37,169 nt of DNA from Candidatus Woesearchaeota archaeon (lineage in GTDB: Archaea; Nanobdellota; Nanobdellia; Pacearchaeales; GW2011-AR1), in the NCBI GenBank assembly GCA_964428375.1, contig CAYRXX010000001.1, positions 1 through 37,169 on the forward strand. Direction: 5' to 3'. Below are positions 33,590 through 37,169 of the stretch, piece by piece. How positions within the stretch are numbered: position 1 is the stretch's first letter; each line of letters opens with the position of its first letter. Both the position numbers and the translations under genes were made by a program. The notes beneath the pieces are model-generated. The model saw only the letters and a list, made by a program, of their open reading frames with translations. It searched no databases and was not told where the DNA came from.

Positions 33590-35106
33590 AACTTGATTTT
33601 AGAAAATTTGGAAGTGTCGGAAAGCAGATTAGAGATAGTATCTAATAACTTATCCTTGTGAATCTTTATTTGTTTTGTGGTGTCTCTGTCTCTTATCGTT
33701 AAAATTCCACTTTTGATTGTATCATGGTCTATGGTTACACAATAAGGTGTTCCAATTTCATCGGCTCTTGCATATCTTTTTCCAATACTTCCAGACTTGT
33801 CAAATGACGCTATAATGTCATGCTCTATTAAATTGTGATATATTTGTTTGGCCGTATCTTGAAATTCTGGTTTGTTGAGAAGTGGGAAAATCGAAACCTT
33901 AATTGGAGCTATTTTTTTTGGGAGCTTTAATACAATATTTCCCCTTTCCTCGTCGTCAGTATAAGCTTCCGAGAGAATGGCAAGAAGGTGTCGCCCTATT
34001 CCAAAGGATGGTTCTATGACATGTGGTAGAAATTTCTTTTTTGTTGTTTCGTCAAAATATTCTAAATTAGTTTTTGAGTGGGATTGGTGTTGTTTGAGGT
34101 CGAAGTTTGTTCGATTAGCGATTCCCATCATTTCTCTAAACCCTTGCGGATATTTATAATCCATATCGAAGGTTCCCGAACTGTAATGAGAGAGCTCACT
34201 TTTTACATGTTGTCTAATTCTTAAGTTTTTATAACTTAGTCCCATTTCTTTTTGTGCCAGATTTAACATTGTTGCAATCCAATAACCATGCACCTTGTTT
34301 ATCATTTTCGATTCTATTAGCTCTGCTATTGTTGCATCTCTTGTTTCTGAAGATCCTTTTTCTTGGGCTTCTGCCGAAAGATATTGAAATTTTGTTTGGA
34401 GTTCTTGTTTTGTTAATTTGTCAAAATCAGCGTCGGGATTGAAAAAATATTCTATTTCTAATTGTTCGAATTCTCGGCATCTAAATAAAAAATCTCTTGG
34501 TGCTATTTCGTTTCTGAATGCTTTCCCTATTTGCATAATCCCGAAAGGAAGTTTTTTCCTGCAAACTTCTGCTATTAATTTAAAATTTGGAAAAATACTT
34601 TGGCATGTTTCTCCTCTAAGATAGGCAATGGAATCTTTTGATTCGTCAGCTCCTACTCTTAATGGGAAGAGTTGATTGAATTGTTTAACTTTTTCAAAAT
34701 CCTCTCCTTCATATTTCAAATCGTGTTTTTCTATTAACTCCTCTATTTCTTTGGCACTGATTCCATCGGCCGATATTCCTAGTTTCTCCTCGATAAAATG
34801 GTCGGCTCTTAATTTTGTCTTGGTCTTTTTCGTTATTAGCATTAAATCTCCGAAATTTTCTAAGTGTCCCGATGCTTTCCAAACTTTTGGGTTTGTTATG
34901 ATTGAGCCGTCTTGTTCCACTATATCGTCTCGTTTGTAAACTAGCTCTTTTCTGTAAATATTTTTTATGTTGTTCTGTATCTCTGTCCCAAACGGTGCGA
35001 CGTCGAAGAATCCAGAAAGTCCTCCATAAATTTCTGCTGCTCGGAAGATGATGCCTTTTCTTTTGCAGAACGATGCGAGTTCTTCCATTGTTGGAACTTT
35101 TGCCAT
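33586..35106 (-). CDS. glyS: glycyl-tRNA synthetase (archaeal/eukaryotic dimeric type)
   Basis: N-terminus LASFCKRKGIIFRAAEIYGGLSGFFDVAPFG, class II core FRNEIAPRDFLFRCREFEQLEIEYF, and a C-terminal anticodon-binding domain. Confidence 0.92.
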   Translation of the reverse strand: MAKVPTMEELASFCKRKGIIFRAAEIYGGLSGFFDVAPFGTEIQNNIKNIYRKELVYKRDDIVEQDGSIITNPKVWKASGHLENFGDLMLITKKTKTKLRADHFIEEKLGISADGISAKEIEELIEKHDLKYEGEDFEKVKQFNQLFPLRVGADESKDSIAYLRGETCQSIFPNFKLIAEVCRKKLPFGIMQIGKAFRNEIAPRDFLFRCREFEQLEIEYFFNPDADFDKLTKQELQTKFQYLSAEAQEKGSSETRDATIAELIESKMINKVHGYWIATMLNLAQKEMGLSYKNLRIRQHVKSELSHYSSGTFDMDYKYPQGFREMMGIANRTNFDLKQHQSHSKTNLEYFDETTKKKFLPHVIEPSFGIGRHLLAILSEAYTDDEERGNIVLKLPKKIAPIKVSIFPLLNKPEFQDTAKQIYHNLIEHDIIASFDKSGSIGKRYARADEIGTPYCVTIDHDTIKSGILTIRDRDTTKQIKIHKDKLLDTISNLLSDTSKFSKIKF

Positions 35107-35127
35107 GTCTTGTTTATGCGGGGGGTG

Positions 35128-35135
35128 TTTTTAAG
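35128..35135 (-). promoter_or_regulatory. TATA-like box (rc cttaaaaa) for glyS
   Basis: Ends 22 nt from ATG 35106; weaker match. Confidence 0.3.
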
Positions 35136-35157
35136 AGTTGTGTCGGCTATAATTAAT

Positions 35158-35165
35158 TTTATAAG
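35158..35165 (+). promoter_or_regulatory. TATA box (tttataag), leaderless geometry
   Basis: Ends 22 nt before ATG 35187. Confidence 0.4.
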
Positions 35166-35186
35166 TTTTGAATACCTCTTTTTAGC

Positions 35187-35864
35187 ATGCTCATCAAGAT
35201 TGTTTTTTTAATTTTGCTGATGATTGGATTTGTAGAGGCTGTTCATGTTAGTTTAATTTGTCCTACCAAAGTTATTGCAGATAAAGAATTCCAATGTTCG
35301 ATTAAGACGGCGGGGACGAATGCCACCTATGATGTTAAGATTGAATTGGGGCAAAAAAGGAATTCGGCGTTAAGAGTTTGGAACGGTGAGAAAAAAGGAT
35401 GGGCTTCTGGGTATTATTATTTGAAATCGTTTATTAGGGGTAATGAGAAAAAAGATATTAAATTAAAAATGACGAGAGTTGGCAGGTATGAGATTATATT
35501 AAAATTAAGAAGCAAGAAGAAAGTGAGGAAATTTAATGGGACATTTGTTTCTGTTGGGAACCTTGTCCAAAAGCATGTTGTTTCTGTTTCTATAAAGGCT
35601 CGAAGTAGAAAGCAGGATTTGCTGCCCAAGGTAGTTGCACTTAGTGGCGATGCGGTTTCTAAGAGCAAGGACGTTCGGCTGAATAATAGGCACTCGTCGT
35701 CGAGTATGCGAAAAGTTATTTTTCTTAATGCGAAAAGTGAGGAAGCTTCTCCTAAGTGGGATTATATTTCTAAAAATGGAGAAGTTGTTGATTGGTTGCC
35801 TTATGGATTTTGTCTTTTTTTGATATTTATGATAGTATTTTTAATGAGGGGGGATTATGCCTAA
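35187..35864 (+). CDS. type-I anchored surface protein, unknown function
   Basis: Signal peptide MLIKIVFLILLMIGFVEA, a beta-rich basic ectodomain and a C-terminal TM helix WLPYGFCLFLIFMIVFLM. Confidence 0.5.
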   Translation: MLIKIVFLILLMIGFVEAVHVSLICPTKVIADKEFQCSIKTAGTNATYDVKIELGQKRNSALRVWNGEKKGWASGYYYLKSFIRGNEKKDIKLKMTRVGRYEIILKLRSKKKVRKFNGTFVSVGNLVQKHVVSVSIKARSRKQDLLPKVVALSGDAVSKSKDVRLNNRHSSSSMRKVIFLNAKSEEASPKWDYISKNGEVVDWLPYGFCLFLIFMIVFLMRGDYA

Positions 35865-35865
35865 T

Positions 35866-35873
35866 TTTATAAA
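35866..35873 (+). promoter_or_regulatory. TATA box (tttataaa) for trmY
   Basis: Ends 21 nt before ATG 35894 and starts 2 nt after the upstream stop. Confidence 0.4.
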
Positions 35874-35893
35874 GTTGTGGAACAGGGAAGGGT

Positions 35894-36490
35894 ATGAGAG
35901 AATTCATCTATTACTCACGAAATGCCGTGACCTCAGGGAATCTGATAAAAGACAACTTAATGAAAGCTGGGCGAATGGACATCGTGTGTAATGTGATTAT
36001 TTCTGTGTTTTTCATTTCTAATGCGATGCGGGAAGATGTTAGATTGCATTTAATTTTTGACGGACCACCACAAGCACCGAGGCATTTATTGTTGGAGTCA
36101 AACAAGGATTTGTCAATATCAAAAAAGAATGTTGTGGGATTGATTAAAAGAATGCTTTACAAATCGCCGGACAAAGAAGGGCTGTTGGAGATATTGCCCG
36201 GTGCTTCAATTGAGAAGAAAGGATTTGAAAAACTTGTAAAAGAGTTGGACAGCGAGGGAAAAGATGTTTTACTTCTTGATGGGAAAGGAAAGGATATTCG
36301 AGAAACAAATTTAGAAAAAAGACCTGTTTTTATTATTGGGGACCATGAAGGGTTTCCGAAGGACAAGGCTAAGTTTTTGAAGAGTATAGATAAAGTGTCG
36401 GTTGGTCCCAAGGTGCTTTTTGCGTCGCAGGTCGTGACGATTTTACACAATGAGTTGGATAGGTTTGGCGGCGGTTATGATAAAGAATAA
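35894..36490 (+). CDS. trmY: tRNA (pseudouridine54-N1)-methyltransferase TrmY (SPOUT, DUF358)
   Basis: MREFIYYSRNAVTSG..., GRMDIVCNVIISVFFISNAMREDV and PVFIIGDHEGF closely track the Methanocaldococcus TrmY sequence as I recall it. Confidence 0.82.
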   Translation: MREFIYYSRNAVTSGNLIKDNLMKAGRMDIVCNVIISVFFISNAMREDVRLHLIFDGPPQAPRHLLLESNKDLSISKKNVVGLIKRMLYKSPDKEGLLEILPGASIEKKGFEKLVKELDSEGKDVLLLDGKGKDIRETNLEKRPVFIIGDHEGFPKDKAKFLKSIDKVSVGPKVLFASQVVTILHNELDRFGGGYDKE

Positions 36491-36535
36491 AAAGTCCCAC
36501 AATACATTAATAAAACTTCTTTACAATATAATTCT

Positions 36536-36973
36536 ATGAGATTTAGAAAAGCAAAAAAGGAGGATATTCCTAAAATGTTTGAAATATTCAAAATCAATAG
36601 TTCGAAATATCCTAAAAATTTAGCTTTTCAAGAATTGAATGAAATGTTTTCTAAGTCTCTTCTAAAACCTACTTACATTGTTGCAGAAGATAAAAAAGAA
36701 ATTTTAGCATTTGGAGGTTTTATACCTTCGTGGATAGATAATATGGTTTTTAATATTTTTTGGGTCAATACGGACCCTAAACACAAAAGCCGAGGAGTTG
36801 GTTCTAAATTAGTGAAGGATTTGATCGATAGAATAAAAAAGACAAAAGATTTCAAAGCAAAAATGATTATAATATCCACAAAGATACCTAATTTCTATAA
36901 AAAATTTGGCTTCAAAAAACTATCCTCAAAATATGATAGAGATTATATATTAATGTCTCTAAATTTGTATTAG
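36536..36973 (+). CDS. GNAT-family N-acetyltransferase
   Basis: Acetyl-CoA motif A VNTDPKHKSRGVGSKLVKDLI with a typical size of 145 aa. Confidence 0.8.
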   Translation: MRFRKAKKEDIPKMFEIFKINSSKYPKNLAFQELNEMFSKSLLKPTYIVAEDKKEILAFGGFIPSWIDNMVFNIFWVNTDPKHKSRGVGSKLVKDLIDRIKKTKDFKAKMIIISTKIPNFYKKFGFKKLSSKYDRDYILMSLNLY

Positions 36974-37074
36974 CACGTTTTATTTTTCAGCAACTACGAT
37001 CTCAAAGAATTTTCGAAAGTGGAAATAAAAGATGTTATACGCGTCGCTAGACCGAGCCATAGTCTGCAAGACGG

Positions 37075-37093
37075 TTTTTTGCTAAGCAAAAAA
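37075..37093. terminator. AT-rich perfect palindrome (possible bidirectional terminator)
   Basis: ttttttgc-taa-gcaaaaaa, preceded by the small hairpin gtct-gca-agac (37062-37072). Confidence 0.3.
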
Positions 37094-37169
37094 ATGATGA
37101 AGAGGTAACTTTTCTTGCAGAAAATTTCCCCAAATTTGGCTACGCCAAACTTCTCATAATCCCGATGTT

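Noticed and set aside
36994-37167. A stop-free minus-strand frame of 58 codons entering from the right window edge.
   Set aside because: It runs straight through two AT-rich palindromic hairpins and has implausible composition (…FIIFLLSKKPSCRLWLG…). Another frame from the edge stops at 37140. There is not enough sequence to call any gene here.

Overview
This is an AT-rich, tightly packed archaeal chromosome segment with short spacers and several 1-15 nt gaps or overlaps. It uses standard stop codons. I saw no CRISPR array, rRNA, transposase or integrase. Most genes are core information processing: aEF-1alpha, archaeal DnaG, aIF1A, aIF2-beta, aIF5A, proteasome beta, aCPSF1, Spt5, RpoP, eL43 (L37Ae), eL40, uL11, prefoldin beta, SepF, a Dph2-like protein, GlyRS, TrmY and one tRNA-Pro(UGG). 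Interspersed are transport and membrane genes (ABCB-type exporter, type-III P-type ATPase, a presenilin-like protease and a site-2 intramembrane protease) and several single-pass surface proteins. The gene set, compactness and surface-protein load suggest a reduced, DPANN-like archaeon; that is inference only. Two small genes missing from the ORF track were read by eye: rpoP (24547..24684) and rpl40e (26988..27152). Most first genes carry a TATA-like octamer ending exactly 22 nt before the ATG, which implies leaderless mRNAs. I used this spacing to refine several start codons. The most unusual items are listed here. (1) A co-oriented cassette at 26988-32367 runs eL40, an NlpC/P60-like hydrolase, a PDZ site-2 protease, and two tandem type-I surface proteins. 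The first surface protein carries an extracellular terpene-cyclase/prenyltransferase-like toroid with a textbook QW motif. Both share a six-cysteine juxtamembrane module of identical spacing. (2) A 954-aa protein has SMC-type heads but a Rad50-like CxxC hook at the exact midpoint instead of a hinge. (3) A Dph2 homologue lacks its first domain. (4) tRNA-Pro lies 17 nt upstream of rpl37ae with no room for a promoter. (5) Spt5 has an acidic Pro/Lys-repeat N-terminal extension containing a perfect 24-nt tandem duplication. (6) Two unusually long non-coding gaps (4327-4591 and 5156-5586) contain a GNRA hairpin, orphan promoters and two tiny acidic ORFs. All family assignments come from motifs read by eye; no searches were run.
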